A DNA stretch of 62,934 nucleotides, counting the filler. It is 7 parts of 7 records of this genome, joined end to end, with 100 filler letters (N's around TTAATTAATTAA, not from the genome) between each part and the next. Parts side by side here need not be neighbours in the genome. Positions count along the whole stretch, not along the records: positions 9,963 to 17,545 come from SRR31156797_30721; positions 17,646 to 24,741 come from SRR31156797_30737; 5 more parts are not named here. One strand, given 5' to 3'. Position numbers and translations under genes: made by a program. The notes below the pieces were generated by a model, which made no database searches, was not told where the DNA came from, and worked only from the letters and a program-made list of their open reading frames with translations. The first letter of the stretch is position 1. Each line of letters starts with the position of its first letter. Positions 10,509 through 19,107 of the stretch are shown one piece after another.

Positions 10509-11531
10509 ATGGCAGCTACAGTACGCGACATTGCACAACAGGCGGGAGTCTCTCCCGCTACGGTTTCACTGGTACTGAACCGGCGCCCGGGAGTAGGCGA
10601 AGAGACACGTTCCCTTGTGTTGAAAATCGCAGACGACCTGGGCTACTCCCTTCCTTCCAGCAGACGCCGGAAGGACGTATCCACCATCAGGTTACTCAAG
10701 ATCGCCCGGCACGGGCATATCATCAACCGGGATCACAATGTCTTTATCTCCGATTATATAGACGGCATCGAACAGGAGGCCAGAGAGCACGGCTATGCCC
10801 TTGAGGTCCAGAGTTACAAGGGCTTTGACGCGGATCAGCTGATCAGGGAGCTGAATCAGTGCGAGGCGGTCGGAGCCGTCGTCCTGGCCACCGAATTGCG
10901 GACGGAGGACATTCCCCTGTTTCAGGAAGCGGAGATCCCTTTGGTCTTCATAGACGGCACCCATCCCTTCGCTCCCTTCGATTTCATCGATATGGACAAC
11001 GAGGGCGCTGTTTTTTCAATCGTTTCCCACTTCGTCGAGGCGGGGCACAGGGAGATCGGGATCGTCGGCTCCTCTATGGAAACCCGGAACTTCCGGGCCC
11101 GGGAGGACGCCTTCCACGCCGCCCTGGACTACCACGGACTCAAGGCGGAGAAGGATTTCGTCTTCAAGGTGGATTCCACTTTCGAGCAGTCCTTCCTGGA
11201 TATGGACAGGCTGCTGGGGGAGGGGCGGCGCCTTCCCAGCGCCCTTTTCTGCGTCTGCGATATCATCGGGTTCGGCTGTTTGAAGGCATTGAAAAAGCAC
11301 GGTATAGTGGTACCCGACCAGGTCTCTCTCATGGGCTTTGACAATCTGCCCGCAAGCGCCATGACAGAGCCTTCCCTGTCATCCATAAAGGTTTCGAAAA
11401 CCAGGATAGGACGGAGGGCCTTCCAGCTTCTGCAGAGAAGGATAGAAGCGGATGCGGTGCTTCCCTACGAAAAGGTCTTTATCGGCAGTGAGATCATCGG
11501 ACGCGACAGCGTTGCGAAAGTATCGTATTAA
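10509..11531 (+). CDS. LacI family transcriptional regulator
   Basis: MAATVRDIAQQAGVSPATVSLVLN HTH plus sugar-binding domain (GFDN). Confidence 0.95.
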   Translation: MAATVRDIAQQAGVSPATVSLVLNRRPGVGEETRSLVLKIADDLGYSLPSSRRRKDVSTIRLLKIARHGHIINRDHNVFISDYIDGIEQEAREHGYALEVQSYKGFDADQLIRELNQCEAVGAVVLATELRTEDIPLFQEAEIPLVFIDGTHPFAPFDFIDMDNEGAVFSIVSHFVEAGHREIGIVGSSMETRNFRAREDAFHAALDYHGLKAEKDFVFKVDSTFEQSFLDMDRLLGEGRRLPSALFCVCDIIGFGCLKALKKHGIVVPDQVSLMGFDNLPASAMTEPSLSSIKVSKTRIGRRAFQLLQRRIEADAVLPYEKVFIGSEIIGRDSVAKVSY

Positions 11532-11557
11532 CATGTAATTTCAATCGAGGACTGATT

Positions 11558-12430
11558 ATGAAGATATTGAATTTCGGATCATTGAACATCGACCTGGTCT
11601 ATCAGGTCCCCCATATCGTCAAGCCCGGCGAGACCATCTCCGCCAGCGCCTTCCAGCAGCATGCCGGGGGAAAGGGCGCCAACCAGTCGGTTGCCCTGGC
11701 CAAGGCGGGACTGCCGGTATGGCATGCGGGAACCATCGGAAAGGACGGTCTCTGGCTGCTGGACCTGCTCAAGGGCTTCGGCGTCCGCACCGACCTGGTC
11801 CGCCAGTACGACGGCCCCTCGGGGCAGGCGATCATACAGGTCTCCGAAGAAGGGCAGAATTCGATCTTCCTTCTGGGGGGAGGCAATATCAGCACCACCG
11901 AAGAACAGATAGACCGGACCCTCTCCCATTTCGGGGAAGGGGATTACCTGGTCCTTCAGAACGAGATCAACCTGACGCCTTTGATTATGAAGAAGGCCGC
12001 GGAACGGGGCATGAAGATCTGTCTGAATCCCGCTCCCTATACGGACGATGTCAAATCATGGCCTCTGGACACCCTGGAGCTGCTGGTGGTGAACGAGATC
12101 GAGGGACAGGATCTGGCAGGAGAAGAGGGAAGCTTCGAGGAAACCCTCGACCGGCTCTGCGCCGCCTATCCGGGTATGAGCATCCTGCTCACCGCCGGGA
12201 AGGAGGGCTCCTACTTCGGACGGGACGACCAGCGTGAGTATGTTCCCATCGTGGACGCCCCCGTCGTGGATACCACCGCCGCAGGCGACACCTTTTTCGG
12301 GTATTTCCTGGCCTCCCGCCTGGAGGGCATGAGCGTCCGGCAGGCGATGGAACGGGCGACGCTGGCCTCATCCGTTACCGTCTCCCGCCCCGGCGCCATG
12401 GAGTCCATTCCCCTTTCGGGAGAGCTCTGA
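11558..12430 (+). CDS. rbsK: Ribokinase (PfkB family)
   Basis: GSLNIDLV, GGKGANQSVA, LQNE, VNEIE, DTTAAGDTF. Confidence 0.88.
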   Translation: MKILNFGSLNIDLVYQVPHIVKPGETISASAFQQHAGGKGANQSVALAKAGLPVWHAGTIGKDGLWLLDLLKGFGVRTDLVRQYDGPSGQAIIQVSEEGQNSIFLLGGGNISTTEEQIDRTLSHFGEGDYLVLQNEINLTPLIMKKAAERGMKICLNPAPYTDDVKSWPLDTLELLVVNEIEGQDLAGEEGSFEETLDRLCAAYPGMSILLTAGKEGSYFGRDDQREYVPIVDAPVVDTTAAGDTFFGYFLASRLEGMSVRQAMERATLASSVTVSRPGAMESIPLSGEL

Positions 12431-12633
12431 GAGGAGGTTCCCCCCCTTATAGCTTATTATCCCGGCGGGGATCAAATTCAAGGAGCCTCATTCATCAGGA
12501 ACAGGGTGGATCGTTTTTTATACTCCGATCTCGTAAAGCGTGTTATTCTTGATGAGCCTTTCTGCCGATTGCAGCCATGAGCGAGTAAGGCGATACAGGA
12601 GCATGGACAGATGTCCATAAGCAGGAGAGCTTC

Positions 12634-14745
12634 TTGAAACTCATCACCCGTACCTATCTCTCCATAGGGAGCCTGGTCTTTATCCAGGCCCTGCTGGCCT
12701 TTAACTTCCTGGCCATCTCCCTGACCGGGTACAGTCAGAAGGACGGCGCCCGGACCCTGAACCGCGCCAGGGATCTGATCGACGGGCACCTCGCCCAGAT
12801 CAATCGCCTCGTCTGGCAGGACCTGACCCATCTGGGGTATACCGAACTCCCCGAACTGTCCGAGATGTCCGTTCTGGATGCGGATGAGCTGCTTCCGGTG
12901 ATGATCCGGGAGGTTCACACGGAAAACCTGGATTACCTGACCGTTAGCAGCGGCGGCATGACGGCGTGTCTCGACCTGGGGAATCCCTACGGTGGCATTT
13001 CAGTCTCCGACCTTCCTTCGTACAAGGGGCGATGGCATCCCAGCATCGTTCTGAAGGAAAAGGAAGGAACCCTGTATATGATCGGAGCTCTGAGGATGGA
13101 AGGGGAGAAGAGAACGGTGGTCCTTAATCTGATTAAAAAGCTGGACAACCGCTTCTGCAAGGACCTGAGCTACAACACATCCTCAGAAATTCTGCTTTTC
13201 ATAGGCGACCGGGCAGTCTCGGGCACGGTCGATCCCGAGTTCTACAGCCAGGGGCTGAGAACACTGCAGGAAAGCTGGACCGGTCCGGAAGACTCGCAGA
13301 TCCACTACGATGTCTCGTTTTACAGCAAGTACTATAACATCCTGCTCCACAATCTCAGTTTTCTCGAGGATCGCGAAACCCCTGTCCATATCAGCATCCT
13401 CTCCCAGAATCTGTCGATCAAGGAGAGGATCGCGGCGATCCAAAACCAATTCCTGATCATCAGCATCCTCTGCGCCGCGATGGGCCTGATCATCAGTATC
13501 TTTATCTCACGAACCGTGTCCAAGCCTGTTCAGGAGCTATCTGTCGCCATGGCCAGGCTCAGGGCGGGAAGCTATCCCCGGGTACGCACGGGCAGGCAGA
13601 CTCCCGAAATCACCCGGCTGTACGAGGGCTTCAACTCCATGGCCGAAGGGCTGAGAGACGATGCGGTGAAACAGGAACGTTATTTCAGGGAAATCACCTA
13701 TCTGAACGATTTCAACGAGAGGATCTTCGAATCCATTCAGGAAGGAATCGCCGTAATCGGACAGGGCAGGAAAATAACGAGGATCAACTCGTCCTTTGCC
13801 AGGCTCTGCCCGGGAATCGATCCTGAAAACGGTTCGGATCCCGAGGAGCTGTTCTTCTGGGACTCCTCTCTGGGGGACAATCTGGAGAAGCTGCGCAGCG
13901 GCAGGGTCGGACGGTATGAGCACCTTAGCCGCCTCGATGGAAACAGGGTGTACGACATACGCCTTTATCCTCTTTCCAGGGGGGAGGGGAATGACAGCTT
14001 CTCCTGCATTCTTATGGTCGAGGACGTGAGCTCGCGGGAGCAGATGGAAGCCCAGCTCCTTCAGGCGGAAAGACTGAAATCCCTTTCCATACTGACCGCG
14101 GGGGTGGCGCATGAGATCAACAATCCCCTGAACTCCATCATAGGCAATATCAACAATATTCGGGATTCGCTGTCAGATGAGGAAGATCTGACCGCCCTTA
14201 ACTGGGTCCGGCAGGAGGCCGACAGGATCGCCGTGATCATCCGCAATCTGATGAGCTTCAACGGAACGGCTCCCGAGAATCTGTCTGCCGGGGACGATAA
14301 GCTCCTTCTGGAGCATATCAATCATTATATGTTCTATGTTCTCAAGGAGCATGAGCGAGTGGAGTTCACCCTGACGGACAACAGCGCATCCATAAAGACC
14401 GTTATGCCCGCGGGTCAGCTGCAGCAGATCCTGATCAACCTGCTCAACAACGCTGTCCATGCCGTCGGTCAGAAGGGAGCGATCGAGCTTGAGATCCGTG
14501 ATGAGTCTGAAGAGGGGATGGACCTGCTTGCGATCCACGTCCGGGACGACGGCCCGGGTATTCCCCCGGATCTCCGTTCCCGCATCTACGATCCCTTCTT
14601 TACGACAAAGCCCGTCGGGAAAGGCACGGGGCTGGGGCTTTCTATCGTATACGGCATGGTGAGCCGCTATCACGGGAGCATTATGCTGAATCAGGCCCGT
14701 GAAGAGGGCTGCGAGTTCATCCTGAGAATACCAAAGGAACAATAA
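12634..14745 (+). CDS. Membrane sensor histidine kinase (extracytoplasmic sensor, HAMP, PAS-like, HisKA, HATPase)
   Basis: Two TM segments; AHEINNPL H-box; NLLNNA, DDGPG, FFTTK, GTGLGL; TTG start with AGGAG SD. Confidence 0.93.
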   Translation: MKLITRTYLSIGSLVFIQALLAFNFLAISLTGYSQKDGARTLNRARDLIDGHLAQINRLVWQDLTHLGYTELPELSEMSVLDADELLPVMIREVHTENLDYLTVSSGGMTACLDLGNPYGGISVSDLPSYKGRWHPSIVLKEKEGTLYMIGALRMEGEKRTVVLNLIKKLDNRFCKDLSYNTSSEILLFIGDRAVSGTVDPEFYSQGLRTLQESWTGPEDSQIHYDVSFYSKYYNILLHNLSFLEDRETPVHISILSQNLSIKERIAAIQNQFLIISILCAAMGLIISIFISRTVSKPVQELSVAMARLRAGSYPRVRTGRQTPEITRLYEGFNSMAEGLRDDAVKQERYFREITYLNDFNERIFESIQEGIAVIGQGRKITRINSSFARLCPGIDPENGSDPEELFFWDSSLGDNLEKLRSGRVGRYEHLSRLDGNRVYDIRLYPLSRGEGNDSFSCILMVEDVSSREQMEAQLLQAERLKSLSILTAGVAHEINNPLNSIIGNINNIRDSLSDEEDLTALNWVRQEADRIAVIIRNLMSFNGTAPENLSAGDDKLLLEHINHYMFYVLKEHERVEFTLTDNSASIKTVMPAGQLQQILINLLNNAVHAVGQKGAIELEIRDESEEGMDLLAIHVRDDGPGIPPDLRSRIYDPFFTTKPVGKGTGLGLSIVYGMVSRYHGSIMLNQAREEGCEFILRIPKEQ

Positions 14746-14774
14746 GGAGGACGCCTACGGACAGTCAGAACAGA

Positions 14775-16166
14775 ATGCTCCTGGTCGATGATGAAGAGGG
14801 CATCCGATACAGTTTGAGAGTCTTTCTCTCCCGCAGGGGATATGAAGTGAATGAGGCCTCCGACGCGCTTAGCGCCAGGAAGCTTATCTCTGAGAATATC
14901 TACGATGCCGCTATACTTGATATCCGGCTTCAGAACGATGAGTCGGGACTGGATCTGGTGGAGAGCATACGGGAAAGAAATCCCAATGCGGTCATTCTGA
15001 TCGTAACGGGATACGGCCACCTGGATACGGCGGTAACGGCCTTGAGGAAGGGGGCGAACGACTACCTTCAGAAACCTCTGGACAACGAGGCTATTCTCGA
15101 ATCTATCAGGAAAAACAGTGAGATCTTCCGTCTCAAAAAAGAGAACAAGCTGCTGAAGAAGGAACTGGAGGAGAAGATCTTCAGTCACGAGATCATCGGC
15201 GGCAGCCCTCGCATGGAGGAGATCATCCGAACGGCGGACCGCGTTAAGGACCTGGCTCCCAATATTCTGATTACCGGTGAAAGCGGAACGGGAAAAGAGA
15301 TTCTGGCTCGGTATATCCACTTTACCGGAGTCCGGCGCAGCAGGCGCTTTGTCGGGCTCAACAGTGCGGCTCTGTCGGACAGCCTTCTGCTGAGCGAACT
15401 ATTCGGACATAAAAAGGGAGCCTTCACAGGGGCGGTGGATGACAAGAAGGGGAAGCTGGAGATGGCTCATAAGGGGAGCTTTTTCCTGGACGAGGTGGGA
15501 GATATGAGTCTGGATATCCAGGCCAAGCTCCTGCGGGTGCTGGAAGAGAGGAGCTTCGAGCCCCTGGGGGGCAACAGGCGGATCGATGTGGATACCCATG
15601 TGATCGCGGCCACGAATCACGATATCCCCGCCCTGATCAAAGAGGGCAGGTTCCGGGAAGACCTGTATTACAGGCTCAACGTCATCCACTTCCATCTGCC
15701 GCCGCTCAGGGAGAGAAACGGAGATGTCCGGGAGCTGAGCGACAGCTTTATAAGGATGTATAACAGGGAGTATCATAAGGACGTGGAGCCTGTTTGCGAC
15801 GATGTCGCCGCTCTGCTGAGCTCTTACCGCTGGCCCGGCAATATAAGGGAGCTTAAAAATCTGATCAACCGGGCCGTCCTCCTGGCCGACGGGGACAGGC
15901 TCCAGGCCCAGCAGATCTCTCTTCTCCTGGAGTACGCATCCGAAGCGGAGGCGGAGTATCCCGCTCCGGACAGTGCGGCTCCCCGGCCGGGAACCTGCGG
16001 TTCCCTGTCGGAGAGGCTTTTCCCCGTACTCAGTTGCTATGAAAGGGAGATCCTTCTGGAAAGCCTGACCAGGAACGGCGGAAACAGGACGCGCACGGCC
16101 GAAGAGCTCGGACTTACCCGGAAAACCATCACCAGAAAGATCAAGCAATACGAACTGGAATCTTAG
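14775..16166 (+). CDS. sigma54-dependent NtrC-family response regulator
   Basis: REC domain (LVDDE), GESGTGKE, GAFTGA, LDEVGD, WPGNIREL, Fis-type HTH; may start at in-frame ACG 14757. Confidence 0.95.
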   Translation: MLLVDDEEGIRYSLRVFLSRRGYEVNEASDALSARKLISENIYDAAILDIRLQNDESGLDLVESIRERNPNAVILIVTGYGHLDTAVTALRKGANDYLQKPLDNEAILESIRKNSEIFRLKKENKLLKKELEEKIFSHEIIGGSPRMEEIIRTADRVKDLAPNILITGESGTGKEILARYIHFTGVRRSRRFVGLNSAALSDSLLLSELFGHKKGAFTGAVDDKKGKLEMAHKGSFFLDEVGDMSLDIQAKLLRVLEERSFEPLGGNRRIDVDTHVIAATNHDIPALIKEGRFREDLYYRLNVIHFHLPPLRERNGDVRELSDSFIRMYNREYHKDVEPVCDDVAALLSSYRWPGNIRELKNLINRAVLLADGDRLQAQQISLLLEYASEAEAEYPAPDSAAPRPGTCGSLSERLFPVLSCYEREILLESLTRNGGNRTRTAEELGLTRKTITRKIKQYELES

Positions 16167-16173
16167 AAGAAGC

Positions 16174-16232
16174 GGGACAGCCATGACCCGCCCGGCCGGG
16201 ACATCCATGTCCCACCGGGTCAGGGATGTCCC
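16174..16232. promoter_or_regulatory. Three GGGACA-N4-TGTCCC palindromes: putative enhancer (UAS) array, possibly also a terminator
   Basis: gggacagccatgaccc 16174-16189, gggacatccatgtccc 16198-16213, gggtcagggatgtccc 16217-16232. Confidence 0.6.
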
Positions 16233-16366
16233 GCTTTTTAATACGCTTTTGAAGAGTTCCGGGATGGAGAACAGCCGTTGTTGTAAGCAGTTATGATTGT
16301 TAATTCATTTCATATAAACAAAATAAAATCTCTGTTGTTCTGTTTTGCACTTTTTTGTAATACTTT

Positions 16367-16382
16367 TGGCACGGTAGTTGTA
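16367..16382 (+). promoter_or_regulatory. sigma54 -24/-12 promoter
   Basis: TGGCACGGTAGTTGTA versus consensus TGGCACG-N4-TTGCW (GT instead of GC at -12). Confidence 0.7.
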
Positions 16383-16459
16383 TTCCTGTGTTCATTCCCC
16401 GAGGGGAAAATCATGTCTCAGTCTTTCAGGAGGAAAGGCTGAAAAAGGAGTCATTTGAG

Positions 16460-17428
16460 ATGAAGAAATCTTTACTTTTCGTAATGGCCGTTCTGATGCT
16501 TTGCGCATCCGCTTTTGCAGAAGGTCAGAAGGATGACGGTGAGAAGAAGCTGGTGATCGCGGGAATCGTTTTCCAGGATGATCAGTTCTTTAATGTCATT
16601 CAGAAGGGGATGCAGGCCGCCGCCGATGATCTGGGCGTGGAGCTGTTTCTGGCGAACAGCAACAACAAGCCCGACAAAGAGATGGAACTGGTGAATACCT
16701 ATATCTCCCGCAAGGTGGATGCCATCGTCATCTCCCCTCTGAGCGAGACCGCCTCCGTGGCGGCCCTGAAAAGAGCCGATGAAAAGGGTATCAAGATCGT
16801 TACTTACAACTCTCCTCTGGGAGCGGACTTCCCCGTATCCTACGTCAACAGCTCTCAGAGTGAGTTGGGTTCCGGATCCGGTAAGCAGGCCCGCGAGTAT
16901 ATCGAGCAGAATCTGGGCGGAAACGCAAAGGTCGCCACCCTGGCGTTCAAGTCTCTTCTCCCCGAAATCTCTGATATGAGGGTCAACGGGTTCCTGGACG
17001 AGATCACTGATCTCTCGGGCGTGGAGGTCGTATCCCAGCAGGATGCGTGGCTTGCCGAAGACGCCCTGGCCAAGGCCGGTGATATCCTGACCGCCAATCC
17101 CGATCTGGACATCCTGTACGCTGCCAACGACGGCGGAACCGTAGGAAGCGTCATGGCCGTCAAGAACGCAGGAAAAGACGTGGTCGTTTTCGGAATAGAC
17201 GCCAGCGAGCAGCTTGCCAACTTCCTGAAAGACGATTCCGACATCCTCCAGGCCACCACCGGTCAGCAGCCCTTCAAGATCGGTTATCAGAGTGTGGAGT
17301 TCGCCGTGAAAGCCATCAAAGGGGAGCCCGTCGAGTCCACGGTTATCGTTCCCGGTCTGGTCCTCGACAGAGAGAATCCCGCGGGAATCGATCAGTTCCT
17401 GGTTGATCTGAAGGCTATCACCGAATAA
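16460..17428 (+). CDS. Sugar ABC transporter substrate-binding protein
   Basis: Signal peptide, Peripla_BP_4-type sequence (AANDGG, VFGID); AAGGAG SD. Confidence 0.93.
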   Translation: MKKSLLFVMAVLMLCASAFAEGQKDDGEKKLVIAGIVFQDDQFFNVIQKGMQAAADDLGVELFLANSNNKPDKEMELVNTYISRKVDAIVISPLSETASVAALKRADEKGIKIVTYNSPLGADFPVSYVNSSQSELGSGSGKQAREYIEQNLGGNAKVATLAFKSLLPEISDMRVNGFLDEITDLSGVEVVSQQDAWLAEDALAKAGDILTANPDLDILYAANDGGTVGSVMAVKNAGKDVVVFGIDASEQLANFLKDDSDILQATTGQQPFKIGYQSVEFAVKAIKGEPVESTVIVPGLVLDRENPAGIDQFLVDLKAITE

Positions 17429-17450
17429 TCGGAGAGTACTGGGGAAGACA

Positions 17451-17545
17451 ATGGATAATGTGAAACTGAAGACCGACGGTCTGCGAAAGGTCTACCCCGG
17501 TACGGTTGCGCTGGACAACTTTACCGCCGGATTCGACGGCGGTAA
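17451..17545 (+). CDS. Sugar ABC ATP-binding protein N-terminus (truncated)
   Basis: MDNVKLKTDGLRKVYPGTVALDNF. Confidence 0.8.
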
Positions 17546-17645
17546 NNNNNNNNNNNNNNNNNNNNNNNNNNNNNNNNNNNNNNNNNNNNTTAATTAATTA
17601 ANNNNNNNNNNNNNNNNNNNNNNNNNNNNNNNNNNNNNNNNNNNN
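17546..17645. other. Artificial contig spacer
   Basis: N run + TTAATTAATTAA + N run. Confidence 0.99.
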
Positions 17646-18243
17646 AACCCCCTTCAAGGAGTTTAGCGAAGAGGAAATGAGCGAATACGTCGACGGCAGG
17701 CCCCGCTATGAAGGAATTCGCAATTTTCTGGAATACCGGGGGATTTCCATTCCGTTCGGAGACATCGAAGACGATGGAGACCAGGAAACGATCTACGGAT
17801 TGGGCAATTTGAAAAATCGGTTTTTTAATGATTCTATCGAGGCCGACGGCGTCACCATTTTTGACAAATCGGTCGAGTTGATACACCGGCTCAAGGATAT
17901 GCAGATTCGTTGTGCCGTCGTTTCTTCCAGCAAGAACTGTTCAACCGTCCTTAAATCGGCCGGACTGACGGACTTGTTCGAGGTACAGGTCGACGGTGTC
18001 GTCGCCGCCGAAATGAAGCTGGTCGGAAAACCGACCCCGGACACCTATCTGAAGGCGGCGGAACTTTTGGGTGTTCCGGCCGAAAGGGCCGTCGTCGTCG
18101 AAGATGCAATTTCCGGCGTTCAGGCCGGACGGGCCGGAAACTTCGGATTGGTCGTCGGTGTCGATCGCGTCGGCCAGGCCGACGCATTGAGCGAAAACGG
18201 CGCCGATGTCGTCGTATCGGATCTTGGCGAGTTTCTGGTCTGA
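17646..18243 (+). CDS. Beta-phosphoglucomutase-family HAD hydrolase (5' truncated)
   Basis: YVDGRPRYEG, VSSSKN, GKPTPD, VEDAISGV. Confidence 0.88.
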
Positions 18244-18256
18244 CGGAGGAAAAACA

Positions 18257-19066
18257 ATGACAATGAAATTCTCTGAACTGCCACGAGCACTGGAATGCGG
18301 CGAGGAGTTAAATCAGCGCCTTACCGGGAAGAAACTGGCGATTTTCCTCGATTACGACGGGACGCTAACCCCCATCGTCGACCGACCGGAAATGGCGATT
18401 CTGTCGGACTCCATGCGGGCCATCGTCAGTTCGCTGGCCGAACGCTGTACCGTCGCCGTGGTCAGCGGGCGGGACCGTCCGGACGTCGAGAAACTGGTCG
18501 GTATTGACAATCTTGTTTTCGCCGGAAGCCACGGGTTCGACATCATGGTTCCCGGCGGCAAGGCGATTACCCGCGATGAAGGCGCCGAGTTCGCTGGAAT
18601 CCTCGATGACGTCAAGGCTCGCCTCCATCGGGAAGTCACCCCCATCGAAGGCTCCCTGATCGAACCGAAAAAATCATCGGTGGCGGTTCATTACCGTCTG
18701 GTCGCCGAGGCCGAGCAGCCGAAAATCAAGGCGGTCGTCGACGCCATTCTGGCCGAGCACGACAACCTGAAAGTCACGCCGGGCAAGATGGTATTCGAAA
18801 TCCAGCCGAAACTGGACTGGCACAAGGGCAAGGCCGTGTTATGGCTGCTCGAGGCGCTTGAACTGGACAGCCCCGACGTGCTTCCGATGTTTTTCGGCGA
18901 CGACATCACCGACGAGGACGCGTTCAACGCGCTGGCTGACCGTGGCATCGGAATTTTTGTCGGCGGCGCCACCGAAGAGGCGAAGAAGGACCGGCCGACC
19001 GCGGCCGACTATATGGTCGCCGATCCTGACGAAGCCGGAAAGCTGCTGGATACCCTTGCCCGCTAG
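18257..19066 (+). CDS. otsB: Trehalose-6-phosphate phosphatase
   Basis: FLDYDGTLTPIV, VSGR, AGSHG, KGKAV, GDDITDEDAF. Confidence 0.93.
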   Translation: MTMKFSELPRALECGEELNQRLTGKKLAIFLDYDGTLTPIVDRPEMAILSDSMRAIVSSLAERCTVAVVSGRDRPDVEKLVGIDNLVFAGSHGFDIMVPGGKAITRDEGAEFAGILDDVKARLHREVTPIEGSLIEPKKSSVAVHYRLVAEAEQPKIKAVVDAILAEHDNLKVTPGKMVFEIQPKLDWHKGKAVLWLLEALELDSPDVLPMFFGDDITDEDAFNALADRGIGIFVGGATEEAKKDRPTAADYMVADPDEAGKLLDTLAR

Positions 19067-19107
19067 CTCACCGCCATCCCAAGAAACAAAACCAAGCGAG
19101 GAATCGG

